From Blastocatellia bacterium (GTDB lineage Bacteria > Acidobacteriota > Blastocatellia > UBA7656): DNA of 64,000 bases. Positions 1 through 10,268 of this stretch are shown here, one piece after another. The stretch's first letter is position 1. Each line of letters opens with the position of its first letter. The stretch covers positions 10,907 to 74,906 of the forward strand of contig JBASRN010000022.1 in NCBI GenBank assembly GCA_049273855.1, read 5' to 3'. A program made the translations under genes and the position numbers. Below the pieces are notes generated by a model that did no database searches, was not told where the DNA came from, and worked only from the letters and a program-made list of their open reading frames with translations.

Positions 1-1
1 A

Positions 2-934
2 CTAATCAGTCTACTTGGCGAGCTCTATGTTAAAGCCGGACGGATTCAAGAGGCAGTAGAGCACTTCTTGCGAATTGCCGAGAACTACCTCCAAACCGGA
101 TCCGCAATCAGCGCGACACATGTTCTCAAAAAGGTTCTAAGGCTTGATCCGACGACTGCCCGAGCGCTCATGCATTTGGGTGAGTTGTGTGTAAACGAAG
201 GCAGGATCAACGATGCGCACGGCTTCTTCATTGAAGCGGGAGCTGCATTCTGGCACAAAGGCAATACCAGTGCAGCCATAAAGATGAACGAACGCGCGTT
301 GGCCATTACACCGGACAGCCGGCAAGCCAAAACCGCACTGGCTCTTTTGGAACAGGAGATCAATCAGCCTGAATTGCCAGCCACTCCAAAAAAGGCGCCG
401 CCTACTCGGGAAGTGGAGCAGATCCTGATTTCGATACCTGATGAGCCAGACACGGCAGGCGTGGCTGTAGCGGCAGACCACAGCGGGTTGCTACCTGAAC
501 TGCTATTTGATCCTGGTGAGCCGGTGTCGCCCGAGGAATCCCCGGAGTGGATGGGTGAGGACGAAATAATTGAGCAGATCGCCACAGCCGAACTGCTCGT
601 AGCTCATGGACAAACGGTTCAAGCCGTAGCCCTGCTCAGAGAGACGCTGCACCATAGACCCGATCACATTCAGTTGCGTGCGAAGCTAAAGGACATCTAC
701 CTGAGAACTGCGATGATCGAGCGTGCCAGTGAAGAATGCTTGAACATCGCAGCAATATACGCAGCGCGTGGTGAGAACAGTCGTGCGCGGGATTATGTTC
801 TGAGAGCCCGCCTTCTAAGCCCTTCGGTCGATCCGATCGTCCCGAGTGCGCAGAAAAGCGCACCTGCGCAAGACTCTCCAGAACAAAGCCTGGAGTGGAC
901 CCCTGAACCGATAGAACCGCTTAGGGTCATGTAG
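2..934 (+). CDS. TPR-like repeat protein, 5' end outside the window
   Basis: The frame is open from position 2 (LISLLGELYVKAGRIQEAVEHF...) and runs into the TTG at 68. It has A/L-rich helical-hairpin repeats and a second repeat block near the C-terminus. Stop is TAG 932-934. Confidence 0.6.
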   Translation, partial: LISLLGELYVKAGRIQEAVEHFLRIAENYLQTGSAISATHVLKKVLRLDPTTARALMHLGELCVNEGRINDAHGFFIEAGAAFWHKGNTSAAIKMNERALAITPDSRQAKTALALLEQEINQPELPATPKKAPPTREVEQILISIPDEPDTAGVAVAADHSGLLPELLFDPGEPVSPEESPEWMGEDEIIEQIATAELLVAHGQTVQAVALLRETLHHRPDHIQLRAKLKDIYLRTAMIERASEECLNIAAIYAARGENSRARDYVLRARLLSPSVDPIVPSAQKSAPAQDSPEQSLEWTPEPIEPLRVM

Positions 935-1114
935 GTTGAGTCCTTCTTCCGAGGCTTAATTCCATCAGATACCTTCTCCGGGAACCTGGGGATTATCCCC
1001 AGTCAGCAATTGATCCGCTGCTCCCGGAACCTGCCCGACTAACTTGAACCTTTTGAATTTTACATCTCGACCTCTCCTTGTTATTGTCACTTTTTAACAA
1101 GTCAACACGCCGGA

Positions 1115-1825
1115 ATGCACTGGGCAGCACTTCTTAAGGATCGTTTGATGAATCTGCTTGCGCGCGGTTACCGCTCTTCACTCGGAAAAAAGTACATCAT
1201 GGCGATCACCGGGTTCCTGTTGTTCCTGTTCGTGATCGTCCACATGCTTGGCAATCTGCAAGTCTACCTAGGCCCGGAGCCGATGAATGCCTATGCGGCA
1301 ATCCTCAAGGCCCGACCTGCGTTGCTGTGGGCGGCGCGGGCCGGCTTGCTGGTGCTGGCAATCCTGCACATCACGTCGGCTGTCCTACTGGCGGCGGAGA
1401 ACCGACACGCGCGGCCCACACGCTACGAAGAAGGCAGACCGACCGCTGCCACCTTTGCTTCGCGGACGATTCTCGTTAGCGGGCTGGTCGTCTTCGCATT
1501 CATCATCTATCACTTGATGCACTTCACGATCGGAGTCACCAACCCCGAGTTTATGCGGCTCGAAGACCTCAATGCGCAGCACGATGTTTACCGCATGGTT
1601 GTGCTGGGTTTCAGCAATCCGTGGGTCTCGTTGTTCTACCTGATTTCGATGGGTCTGCTCTGCTTGCACTTGAGCCACGGTCTTTCGAGCATGTTTCAAT
1701 CACTGGGCATCAGGAGCCAGGCTAATCTCCGGGCCGTCACCGTGTTCGCTCGGGTAGCCGCCCTTGTCGTTTTCATCGGCAATTGTTCGATTCCCATCTC
1801 GATTCTGGCCGGGGTGGTGAAATAA
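1115..1825 (+). CDS. sdhC: Succinate dehydrogenase/fumarate reductase cytochrome b subunit (b558 family, 5-TM type)
   Basis: Multi-TM protein with conserved His in the helices (VHMLGN, HITS, HLMH, HLSH). It lies directly upstream of sdhA with a 3-nt gap. The start may instead be the ATG at 1148. Confidence 0.85.
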   Translation: MHWAALLKDRLMNLLARGYRSSLGKKYIMAITGFLLFLFVIVHMLGNLQVYLGPEPMNAYAAILKARPALLWAARAGLLVLAILHITSAVLLAAENRHARPTRYEEGRPTAATFASRTILVSGLVVFAFIIYHLMHFTIGVTNPEFMRLEDLNAQHDVYRMVVLGFSNPWVSLFYLISMGLLCLHLSHGLSSMFQSLGIRSQANLRAVTVFARVAALVVFIGNCSIPISILAGVVK

Positions 1826-1828
1826 GTC

Positions 1829-3748
1829 ATGACTATTAAACTCGAAGCGAAGATTCCAGCCGGGCCGCTCGCCGACAAGTGGAGCAAACATCGCCGCGAC
1901 ATCAAGCTGATCAACCCGGCCAACAAACGCAAGTTCGACGTGATCGTCGTAGGCTCCGGATTGGCAGGCGCATCGGCAGCTGCTTCGCTTTCGGAGCTTG
2001 GCTACAACGTCAAGTGCTTCTGCTTTCAAGACAGCCCGCGACGCGCGCACTCGATCGCGGCGCAAGGCGGGATCAACGCGGCCAAGAATTATCGCAACGA
2101 TGGCGACAGCGTTTACCGCTTGTTCTACGACACGATCAAGGGCGGTGACTTTCGCGCTAGGGAAGGCAACGTCTACCGGCTCGCCGAAGTCAGCGTCAAC
2201 ATCATCGATCAGTGCGTAGCTCAGGGAGTTCCGTTCGCGCGCGAGTACTCGGGCTACCTGGCTAATCGGTCGTTTGGCGGCGCGCAGGTGTCGCGCACGT
2301 TTTATGCGCGCGGACAGACTGGTCAGCAGCTCCTGTTGGGCGCTTATCAAGCTCTCTCGAAGCAGATTCACGCGGGCGGTGTGAAGATGTACCCGCGCAC
2401 CGAGATGCTCGACGTGGTTTTGATCGACGGTCACGTGAAGGGGATCGTGGTTCGCGATCTGGTAACCGGAGAAATCTCGTCGCACGCCGGCGACGCTGTG
2501 GTGCTTGCGACCGGCGGCTATGGGAACGCGTTTTACCTCTCGACCAATGCGAAGGGTTGCAACGTGACGGCGATCTATCGCGCCTACAAACGCGGCGCGT
2601 TGTTCGCCAATCCGTGTTACACGCAGATTCATCCGACGTGCATACCGGTGACCGGAGATCATCAATCGAAACTCACCCTGATGTCCGAATCGCTTCGCAA
2701 CGACGGACGTGTGTGGGTGCCGAAATCCCCGGGCGACAACCGCCCGCCTGATCAGATATCGGAAGAGGATCGCGACTACTACCTCGAGCGCAAGTATCCG
2801 AGCTACGGCAACCTGGCGCCGCGCGACATCTCGTCGCGAGCGGCCAAAGAAGTGTGTGACGAAGGGCGCGGGGTCGGCCCGGGCGGGCGCGGCGTCTATC
2901 TCGACTTTGCCGACGCGATCAAGCGGCTGGGCGAGGCGACGATCCGCGAGCGCTACGGCAACCTTTTTGATATGTACGAACGCATCACCGGTGAGAACGC
3001 GTACAAGCGGCCCATGCGCATCTACCCGGCGGTGCACTACACAATGGGCGGGTTGTGGGTGGACTACAACTTGATGAGCAACATACCGGGGCTGTACGTG
3101 TTGGGCGAAGCAAACTTCTCGGACCATGGGGCGAATCGTCTGGGCGCCAGCGCGTTGATGCAAGGGTTGGCCGACGGCTACTTCGTGCTACCGTACACGA
3201 TCGGCGATTACTTCGCCTCGGCTAAGCAGCCCAAGCCTTCGACGTCGAACGCGGAGTTCAAGAAGGTGGAAGATGAAATCACCGAGCGCACCAGGAAGGT
3301 CCTTTCGATCAAGGGTCGCAAGACCGTCACCGAGTTCCATCGCGAGCTTGGCAAGCTGTTGTGGGACAAGTGCGGGATGGCTCGCAACGAGGCCGGCTTG
3401 AACGAAGCGCTTCGGAAGATTCCGGCTCTGCGCCAGGAGTTCTGGGAGAACGTCAACGTGCTGGGCGACTCAACCGAGCTGAATCAATCACTCGAATACG
3501 CCGGTCGCGTAGCCGACTTTCTCGAGTTTGGCGAGTTGCTGTGCTACGACGCGCTTCATCGCCGCGAGTCTTGCGGCGGGCACTTCCGCGAAGAGTTTCA
3601 AACCGAAGACGGGGAGGCGTTGCGCGACGACGAAAACTTCTCTTACGTCGCCGCGTGGCAATATCAAGGCGTCGACAAGCGGCCGGTGTTGCATAAGGAG
3701 CCTCTCGTCTACGACGAGGTGCATATGGCGCAACGAAGCTACAAGTAG
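1829..3748 (+). CDS. sdhA: Succinate dehydrogenase flavoprotein subunit
   Basis: [12 protein letters not shown] dinucleotide fold, [15 protein letters not shown] covalent-FAD His motif, [10 protein letters not shown], and a C-terminal [13 protein letters not shown]. Confidence 0.95.
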   Translation: MTIKLEAKIPAGPLADKWSKHRRDIKLINPANKRKFDVIVVGSGLAGASAAASLSELGYNVKCFCFQDSPRRAHSIAAQGGINAAKNYRNDGDSVYRLFYDTIKGGDFRAREGNVYRLAEVSVNIIDQCVAQGVPFAREYSGYLANRSFGGAQVSRTFYARGQTGQQLLLGAYQALSKQIHAGGVKMYPRTEMLDVVLIDGHVKGIVVRDLVTGEISSHAGDAVVLATGGYGNAFYLSTNAKGCNVTAIYRAYKRGALFANPCYTQIHPTCIPVTGDHQSKLTLMSESLRNDGRVWVPKSPGDNRPPDQISEEDRDYYLERKYPSYGNLAPRDISSRAAKEVCDEGRGVGPGGRGVYLDFADAIKRLGEATIRERYGNLFDMYERITGENAYKRPMRIYPAVHYTMGGLWVDYNLMSNIPGLYVLGEANFSDHGANRLGASALMQGLADGYFVLPYTIGDYFASAKQPKPSTSNAEFKKVEDEITERTRKVLSIKGRKTVTEFHRELGKLLWDKCGMARNEAGLNEALRKIPALRQEFWENVNVLGDSTELNQSLEYAGRVADFLEFGELLCYDALHRRESCGGHFREEFQTEDGEALRDDENFSYVAAWQYQGVDKRPVLHKEPLVYDEVHMAQRSYK

Positions 3749-3797
3749 TCTTGAGAGTCTTGAGAAGGCAGACTCTCAGACTCATTTCGGAGGAAGA

Positions 3798-4544
3798 GTG
3801 AACCTGACGCTTCGCGTATGGCGGCAAAAGAATTCGAGGACGGCGGGCAAGTTTGTCCAGTACAAAGCCGATGACGTTTCACCCGATATGTCATTCCTCG
3901 AGATGCTCGACGTGGTGAACGAAGGACTGATCAAACGCGGCGAAGACCCTATCGCTTTTGATCATGACTGTCGGGAAGGCATCTGCGGCTCGTGCGGTCT
4001 GGTGATAAATGGGACTGCGCACGGTCCGCTCCGAGCTACGACGGCCTGTCAGCTTCACATGCGGACTTTCAAGGACGGCGACCAGATCACCATCGAGCCG
4101 TGGCGCGCGCGGCCCTTCCCGGTGATCAAGGACCTGGTAGTCGATCGCGACGCGTTTGATCGAATCATCCAGGCCGGCGGCTACACTTCTGCGGCTACCG
4201 GGGGCGCGCCGGACGGCAACGCTATCCCTATACCCAAGCCTGACGCGGAACTGGCGATGGACGCGGCGGCTTGCATCGGTTGCGGCGCTTGCGTGGCGGC
4301 TTGCAAGAACGCATCGGCGATGTTGTTTGTCTCGGCGAAGGTCTCACATTTGAACTTGCTGCCGCAGGGCAAAATCGAGAAGGACCGCCGAGTGCTGAAC
4401 ATGGTCAAGGCTATGGACGACGAAGGCTTCGGCAACTGCACGGTGATGGGTTCGTGCGAAGCCGTTTGTCCCAAAGAAATCAGCCTCGACTTTATTGGAA
4501 GGATGAATCGCGATTATCTCGGGGCCTTGTGGCGTAGTAAGTAA
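3798..4544 (+). CDS. sdhB: Succinate dehydrogenase iron-sulfur subunit
   Basis: GTG at 3798 is preceded by GGAGGAAG. Cys clusters are [21 protein letters not shown] and [12 protein letters not shown]. The longer ORF from 3528 overlaps sdhA and is rejected. Confidence 0.9.
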   Translation: MNLTLRVWRQKNSRTAGKFVQYKADDVSPDMSFLEMLDVVNEGLIKRGEDPIAFDHDCREGICGSCGLVINGTAHGPLRATTACQLHMRTFKDGDQITIEPWRARPFPVIKDLVVDRDAFDRIIQAGGYTSAATGGAPDGNAIPIPKPDAELAMDAAACIGCGACVAACKNASAMLFVSAKVSHLNLLPQGKIEKDRRVLNMVKAMDDEGFGNCTVMGSCEAVCPKEISLDFIGRMNRDYLGALWRSK

Positions 4545-4624
4545 CCGCAGTTGCTCAGACTGTTGCTCAAGCTGCGACGGACGATGATTTTATGGCCGTA
4601 GCTCAACGGCTCGAGAAGCGCTTG

Positions 4625-5602
4625 TCAATCAGCGTTTCGGAAGCTGCCCGTCATTCTGCCGATCTGGTCGGACACACCGAAAACCGATCTCACGGGTAAG
4701 AAACCCAGCAGACGATGATCGCCCACCGCGTTCAACCCGGCAGACGCCATGCATCCACATTGTGAACAGTCAGGGTTGCCGCCGAACTGGCAAGGTGTAA
4801 TGCGGCCTCTTAGATCCGCAGTGATGTTCAACGTGGTGCGAGCGAATATGCACTGATCGGGTGATTTCGGAGGACTACGATAGCCTTTGATTACCGAGTC
4901 AGGCAGAGACAGCTTTGGAAACTTGAGTCGTAATCTCGCCAGATCTTGCAACACCTCTTCGCGCGCATTCGGGGTCAGAATCTCATCTCCTTCGGCGCCA
5001 ACCTGAGGAGTAAACAAGCTGAAAAGAATCTGCTTTACTTCAGGCCTGCTCGACCAGAAGTGTAGAAACTCTTCAAAGTACCCCTGGCGACTCGCCATCT
5101 GACCCGTGACGGTACAGTGGATCGAGATCTGTTGGCCGGCAATGCTTCGCAATATTCGCTCGTAAGTCGCTGGCGCTCTCCGGATGTCATGCTCCGGCTG
5201 AAGCCCATCGATGGAGACGACGAGGAACAGATTCTCGATTTGACTCCACGCCTGAGGAATATCGCGGACCGCGCTGGTCACAAGCTGTACCGCTATTCGC
5301 ATCTTGCTCAGCCGCGGCAGCAGAATGTCCAGCTCGCGAAAACGTACAAGCGGCTCGCCGCCAACGATCGAGATGTGGAGCGGCCGATATCGGCGTGCGA
5401 GCGCTAAAACGCCGTCGATCAGCATCTCTCCTTTATAGTCGGAGAGCGTTCTTAGCGGTCCAAGCTGATGAAGGTGCTCAGGCTCGTAGGCGTAGCAACC
5501 TGGGCAGCGAAGCGGACACTCGCGGGTAATCTCAATTGACAACGATGGGTAACGTCCTCCCAGAATCCGTCCCCACGCTCTAAGAATGTCACTTGTTTTC
5601 AT
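4625..5602 (-). CDS. Radical SAM protein with a C-terminal Cys-rich auxiliary region
   Basis: CPLRCPGCY is a CxxxCxxC motif near the N-terminus. IVGGEPL is present, and a C-terminal CQFGGNPDCSQCGC cluster. The substrate is unknown. Confidence 0.8.
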   Translation of the reverse strand: MKTSDILRAWGRILGGRYPSLSIEITRECPLRCPGCYAYEPEHLHQLGPLRTLSDYKGEMLIDGVLALARRYRPLHISIVGGEPLVRFRELDILLPRLSKMRIAVQLVTSAVRDIPQAWSQIENLFLVVSIDGLQPEHDIRRAPATYERILRSIAGQQISIHCTVTGQMASRQGYFEEFLHFWSSRPEVKQILFSLFTPQVGAEGDEILTPNAREEVLQDLARLRLKFPKLSLPDSVIKGYRSPPKSPDQCIFARTTLNITADLRGRITPCQFGGNPDCSQCGCMASAGLNAVGDHRLLGFLPVRSVFGVSDQIGRMTGSFRNAD

Positions 5603-5838
5603 CTTGATTCTAACGCTGCCCTACTGGCCACAAGTGTCTGCCAGAACACTTGGTTGGGGACATTCACCCTATCATCTGCGATCCGAGCAGCACAAACAGG
5701 TTCTTGAAAGCGCGAAGCTAATCAAGGTCGCGGTTGCAGAGACTCGAATCAAAATTCTGGACTAATCGTCCTGCAGCGAACCGCTTTGCTGAGTTGCTTA
5801 TTGCTGCTCTATGCTATCTTGGTTGAAAGTTGAGTCAT

Positions 5839-7104
5839 ATGAGACCGCGGTTGCTTCATGCAGCGGGAGGGTATCTTGTAGCCGTGCTGGGCATCGGCGC
5901 AGCCACCGGCGTGCTCAAGCTTTTCCGGACTCACGCCAACACCACAACAGTGGCTCTTGCGTTCCTGTTGATCATCCTCTTCGTCGCTACGAAGTTTGGA
6001 TCTCGACCCGCTGTCGGCGCCGCTTTGGCGGGAGTGTTCTGCTTTAACTTTTTCTTCCTTCCTCCCTTTGCCACTCTCACGATCGCCGACCCGGAGAACT
6101 GGGTTGCGCTGGTTGCGTTTCTTATCACCGCCGTCACCGCCGGCGAGCTTTCAGCCCGCGCGAAACGGCGAGCCGAAGAGGCCGAAGCCGGGCGGCGAGA
6201 AATCGAGCGCTTGTACACCGAGCTGCGCAACGCTTTCGAGCAGGCCAGCCAGGCTGAAGCGCTGCGACGAAGCGAGCGGCTCAAGTCCGCGCTGCTCGAT
6301 GCCGTGACCCACGATATCCGCACCCCACTCACTTCGATCAAGGCGTCAGTCACCACCCTATTGGACGAGTTGCGCGCACGCAGGGACGACACGGCGAAGC
6401 TCGATGCCGAAGGCCGGCGCGAGATGTTGGAAGTGATCGACGAAGAGGCGGACCGCTTGAACAGGTTTGTCGAGGGCCTGGTCGAGCTTGCGCGCATAGA
6501 AGCAGGCCAGCTCGAGCTTCGGCGCCGATGGGGAACCGTTGACGAGATCGTTATGACCGCGCTCGAACGCGCTGAGCCGCTGACTCGCAGCCACGCGGTC
6601 GAAGTGTCGATCGAAAAAGATCTGCCCGTCGTTCGCGTTGACGCCAAAGCTGTAGCCGAGGTCCTCTACACCCTTCTCGACAATGCCGCCAAGTACTCGC
6701 CGAAGGGAACGCGCATCAAAGTCAGCGCCAGCCAGGCTGATGAAATGATGCGGCTGACGGTTGAAGACGAGGGACCGGGAGTTCCAACTGCGCTGCGTGA
6801 GCGCGTGTTTGACAAGTTCTTTCGTGCGATGCGAGACGGCGATATGGGTGCACAGCCCTCGGGAACGGGGATGGGGCTTGCGATCGCGCGCGGGATTGTT
6901 GAAGCTCACGGCGGGCGCATCTGGGTTGACGACGGCAGCGGCGGACGCGGGACGCGAGTGGCGCTCACATTGCCCGTCGGCGATGAAGACGAAGGCAGCG
7001 GTACGCAGATAGAAGAAGCGAACGTCGGCGAGAGTCTTTTAACACGGCCGGAGCCCGGCACGATGGAAAGTCATGAACGAGAAGCAACGAATCCTGATCG
7101 TTGA
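5839..7104 (+). CDS. Sensor histidine kinase equivalent to the C-terminal half of KdpD (DUF4118 TM domain + HisKA + HATPase)
   Basis: N-terminal TM bundle, H-box THDIRTPLTSI, N-box LLDNAAKYSP, and G-boxes EDEGPGVP and GTGMGLAIARGIV. It overlaps the kdpE start by 32 nt. The TTG at 5830 is an alternative start. Confidence 0.85.
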   Translation: MRPRLLHAAGGYLVAVLGIGAATGVLKLFRTHANTTTVALAFLLIILFVATKFGSRPAVGAALAGVFCFNFFFLPPFATLTIADPENWVALVAFLITAVTAGELSARAKRRAEEAEAGRREIERLYTELRNAFEQASQAEALRRSERLKSALLDAVTHDIRTPLTSIKASVTTLLDELRARRDDTAKLDAEGRREMLEVIDEEADRLNRFVEGLVELARIEAGQLELRRRWGTVDEIVMTALERAEPLTRSHAVEVSIEKDLPVVRVDAKAVAEVLYTLLDNAAKYSPKGTRIKVSASQADEMMRLTVEDEGPGVPTALRERVFDKFFRAMRDGDMGAQPSGTGMGLAIARGIVEAHGGRIWVDDGSGGRGTRVALTLPVGDEDEGSGTQIEEANVGESLLTRPEPGTMESHEREATNPDR

Positions 7105-7774
7105 CGACGAGCCGCAAATCACTCGAGTGCTGCGAACAAGCTTGACCAGTCACGGCTACGACGTGCGAAGCGCCGCCGACGGCGAGTCCGCGCTCGAGAC
7201 GTTTGGCGATTGGCGCCCTGATCTCGTTATCACCGACCTCTCGATGCCCAACCTCAACGGCATCGAGCTGTGCCGGCGGCTGCGAAAGGTCTCGACGGTT
7301 CCAATAGTCGTGCTCTCCGTGAAGGGCGAAGAGAAGACCAAGGTCGAAGCGCTCGACGCAGGCGCGGACGACTATGTCACGAAGCCGTTTGGCATGGACG
7401 AGTTGCTTGCTCGCGTTCGAGCGGCGCTGCGGCGCACAACCGAGCTTCAGACTGACGATCCGGCTTCAACGGCGTTGGAGGCCGGAGACTTTCGAGTAGA
7501 CCTCGAAACTCGCAGCGTTATGGTAGAGGATCGGCAGGTTCATCTCACGCCGAAAGAGTACGACCTGCTGGTTTACTTGATCCGCCATCCCGGGAAGGTG
7601 CTCACGCATCGCACGCTGCTCGCCGCGGTGTGGGGCGGCAACTACGTCGAGCAGACCGAGTACCTGCGAGTGTTCATCGGGCAACTCAGAAAGAAGATCG
7701 AACTGGACTCTTCTTCGCCTCGTTACATCCTCACCGAGCCATGGATCGGCTATCGCTTTGATCCAGGCGAATGA
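7073..7774 (+). CDS. kdpE: OmpR-family response regulator KdpE
   Basis: Receiver domain (ILIVDDE, DLVITDLSMP, KPF) plus a winged-helix C-terminus (LTPKEYDLLVYL, GYRF). It lies next to the KdpD-like kinase. Confidence 0.85.
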   Translation: MNEKQRILIVDDEPQITRVLRTSLTSHGYDVRSAADGESALETFGDWRPDLVITDLSMPNLNGIELCRRLRKVSTVPIVVLSVKGEEKTKVEALDAGADDYVTKPFGMDELLARVRAALRRTTELQTDDPASTALEAGDFRVDLETRSVMVEDRQVHLTPKEYDLLVYLIRHPGKVLTHRTLLAAVWGGNYVEQTEYLRVFIGQLRKKIELDSSSPRYILTEPWIGYRFDPGE

Positions 7775-7862
7775 TTCCTTGCCATTTCCCTTCTGATTGC
7801 GATTTGGGTTTCACGCAAAGCCGCAAAGGATCGCAAAGTCGCCTCTCGACGTTCGCCTTCTT

Positions 7863-7906
7863 CCTTACGAACTCTTTATCAGACTTTTACACCGGTCTTA
7901 CGCGCG
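7863..7906 (+). promoter_or_regulatory. Four 11-bp-phased TTAY direct repeats, putative KdpE operator (copy A)
   Basis: The sequence reads ccTTACgaact ctTTATcagac ttTTACaccgg tcTTACgcgcg. A copy at 18799-18842 is 33/44 identical. The central pair resembles the E. coli KdpE half-sites TTTATA/TTTACA spaced 11 bp. Confidence 0.5.
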
Positions 7907-7980
7907 CGGTGCTAGCCTGATCGTGTAAACCAGAGCCGCCAACCGAGCCTGCTCCGGAGTCGAGGTGTGAAGGAAGCAAC

Positions 7981-8271
7981 ATGCAAAAGAATGAGCTGAT
8001 CGGCATAGTCGGAGTATTTGTTCTGACCTTTTGCTTGATCGCGCTGTATCACTTAATAGGTAAGTTAGGCCGCCACCGTAAGCGTTACGGCGCTCAGATA
8101 AAGCGGGCCAAACAACCCGAGGATCGGCGGCCAGATCACGATCCGCGCAGGACTTTTGGCAAGGATGACGCCTGGCTTTTATGGAGTCAGGAACTCGACG
8201 AGCGAGCCGGTCCATCGAAGCCTGGCTTCCCCGACCACCGCGAAACAAGGGGCTCTTGGCTACGTTCGTGA
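7981..8271 (+). CDS. Hypothetical small membrane protein
   Basis: ATG is preceded by GAAGGAAG. There is one N-terminal TM helix (LIGIVGVFVLTFCLIALYHLI) followed by a basic tail. I recognise no homology. Confidence 0.35.
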   Translation: MQKNELIGIVGVFVLTFCLIALYHLIGKLGRHRKRYGAQIKRAKQPEDRRPDHDPRRTFGKDDAWLLWSQELDERAGPSKPGFPDHRETRGSWLRS

Positions 8272-8524
8272 GAGTCGTTAGAGCGATGGTACGTTTCACA
8301 CGAGGTGAATCCCCTGAGTTGGTCAGAAATCAAGAAAGCTGTTGAGCAGGCTAGCATTGCTGACGAGGAGGAAGTCGCAGTCATTCAATGTCAGGCGCAT
8401 GACGGAAACAAGGCGCTTCACAAGATCAAACTCGGAAAGTTCGTAAAGCTCGCCGAGAACGTTTCGGAAAGCGCGCGAGAAGAAGCTAGTGGATGCACTT
8501 GCTGACTTCGAAGGAGGAATTAGC

Positions 8525-8659
8525 ATGACGTGGTTTCGCTACGCCCGTACAACCGACACGCGACTCGACATAGAGCGCGAGCACGAAACATCCTGTAGCC
8601 CGAGCGGTCAGAACCCCAAAAAGGAATCGGGTTTCAGCAGGACTGCTGAGAGAAGATGA
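8525..8659 (+). CDS. Hypothetical 44-aa ORF translationally coupled to the porin gene
   Basis: AAGGAGG lies 7 nt upstream of the ATG. Its stop overlaps the porin ATG (ATGA at 8656-8659). The product is hydrophilic (MTWFRYARTTDTRLDIEREHE...). Confidence 0.3.
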   Translation: MTWFRYARTTDTRLDIEREHETSCSPSGQNPKKESGFSRTAERR

Positions 8660-10200
8660 GTGACGATTCGGAGGTCAATGTGAAACTGATCAGTCGTTTT
8701 GTTTTCGCATCCATTTTCTCGGCGTTCCTTGCCGGCGATTCAATCGCCAGGCAGATGGACGGCAATAAGCCCAAGCAAGTAGTCGCCGCCGCTACTACAA
8801 CCGGTCCGGCCTCCACAGCCGTGAAGAGCGGTTCTTGCGACAGCAACAACGCCCCGGAGCCAGGCGAGCGTGAGCGATTGTTGATGGAGCGAATTGACAG
8901 GCTCGAGCAAAGACTCGCCGAGCTTGAAACCCGCCGCGAAGGTAGGCCGGCCGCTGAGCAGCCGCAGGCTGCCTCGACAACTACGCCGATTGCGGCTCAT
9001 TCCGCGGAGGGAGTCGCAACGGGCGGGACCACTCAGGCCGCTCCCGAACCAACGCAGATCAGCACGGAAGACCGCGGTGTGCTCGACTTCCTGCGTGATA
9101 CAACCTTCAACGTCTCGCTTGATGGATACTACGGCTACAACTTCAACAAGCCTATCGGCCGAATCAACCTGCTTCGCGCATACGACGTGATGAGCAACAG
9201 CTTCAGCCTGAATCAGGCGTCGGTGTTCATCGAGCGAGCGCCCAACGTGGAAGCCGGGCGCCGCTTCGGAGCGCGACTCGACCTGATGTACGGTCAGGCA
9301 ACCGAGACGGTTCAGGGCAGCGCGGCAAACGAACTGCGGCCGCAAGTTTATCGCCCGGTGTGGCAAGCCTTTGGCACCTACATCGCTCCGGTTGGCAAGG
9401 GCATCACGCTCGACTTTGGCAAGTTTGCAAGCAGTCTGGGCTATGAGACGAACTACAGCAAGGACAACTACAACTATTCGCGTTCGTATTACTTCAACTT
9501 TCTGCCCTTTTATCACATGGGCTTGCGGGCGAAGTATCCAGTCAACGACAAGGTCACGGTCATGTACCACCTAATGAACGGCATTCAGCAATCGGAGGAC
9601 TTCAACGGATTCAAGTCGCAGCACTTCGCGGTTATCCTGACGCCGGTCAAACAAGTGACGTGGCAGGTGAATTACTACGTCGGCCAAGAGCAGCGCGACC
9701 TCGTGCCCGAGCTAAACCCAGGCATTCCTGGTTTGCCGACCCAGCCAGGGCTTTCAACCAACATTATTCGGCCTGTGCCGAACGGGCGGCTGCATATCTT
9801 CGATACGTATGCGACCTGGAACGTGACCGATAAGCTGATCCTGGCTGCCGAAGGCGACTACGTCGTCAATCGTGTGCAGGACTTCTCTGCGCTGCACATA
9901 AGCGGCGGGGTGGCTTACGCGCGGTATCAGTTGACCCCCAGGTTCGCGCTCGCCGGTCGCGGGGAGTATCTATCGGACCGGGGTGGACTCTTCAGCGGCG
10001 TAACGCAGGCGCTTAAGGAAACGACGCTGACTGGCGAATTCAAGCTTGCCGACGGATTCCTGCTGCGCGCCGAGTGGCGCCGTGATTTTTCAAACCAACC
10101 GTTCTTCCTGACTGAGACAGAAGGCGTTTTGAAGAAGGCGCAGAACACCGCAACTCTCGGGTTGATTTGGTGGGTAGGTCGGAAGGAAGGCGCGTGGTAG
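8656..10200 (+). CDS. Outer-membrane beta-barrel porin (BBP2/OmpL-like) with an N-terminal coiled-coil
   Basis: Signal-like N-terminus, coiled segment ERERLLMERIDRLEQRLAELE, and a BBP2-like onset LDGYYGYNFNKP...NSFSLNQASVFIE. Beta-strands alternate through to a C-terminal aromatic residue (W). Confidence 0.75.
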   Translation: MSDDSEVNVKLISRFVFASIFSAFLAGDSIARQMDGNKPKQVVAAATTTGPASTAVKSGSCDSNNAPEPGERERLLMERIDRLEQRLAELETRREGRPAAEQPQAASTTTPIAAHSAEGVATGGTTQAAPEPTQISTEDRGVLDFLRDTTFNVSLDGYYGYNFNKPIGRINLLRAYDVMSNSFSLNQASVFIERAPNVEAGRRFGARLDLMYGQATETVQGSAANELRPQVYRPVWQAFGTYIAPVGKGITLDFGKFASSLGYETNYSKDNYNYSRSYYFNFLPFYHMGLRAKYPVNDKVTVMYHLMNGIQQSEDFNGFKSQHFAVILTPVKQVTWQVNYYVGQEQRDLVPELNPGIPGLPTQPGLSTNIIRPVPNGRLHIFDTYATWNVTDKLILAAEGDYVVNRVQDFSALHISGGVAYARYQLTPRFALAGRGEYLSDRGGLFSGVTQALKETTLTGEFKLADGFLLRAEWRRDFSNQPFFLTETEGVLKKAQNTATLGLIWWVGRKEGAW

Positions 10201-10268
10201 AGGGGTTTGACGATGATTGAGGTCTACGCGCGTCGATTGAAACGGCTCAAAATCAGAGTGAGGATAAA

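Noticed and set aside
1700-3163. Very long antisense ORFs opposite clear genes. Examples: 1700-3163 (-) opposite sdhA, 38515-39375 (-) opposite frdB, 58415-59176 and 59627-60634 (-) opposite acnA, 47225-48040 (-) opposite cofD, 34729-35532 (-) opposite polA, 8740-9570 (-) opposite the porin, 51670-52371 (-) opposite the M20 gene, and 29936-30649 (+) opposite the secreted repeat protein.
   Set aside because: Their translations are Arg/Ala/Pro/Ser-rich low-complexity strings with no motifs. The opposite strand carries unmistakable conserved proteins in each case. These are typical shadow ORFs of GC-rich DNA.
7981-8505. ORFs 7981-8271 and 8305-8505 are in the same frame and separated by a single TGA, superficially like the Prx case.
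   Set aside because: There is no redox motif or homology around the stop, and the flanking sequences are not recognisably one protein. Same-frame adjacency is expected by chance about one time in three.
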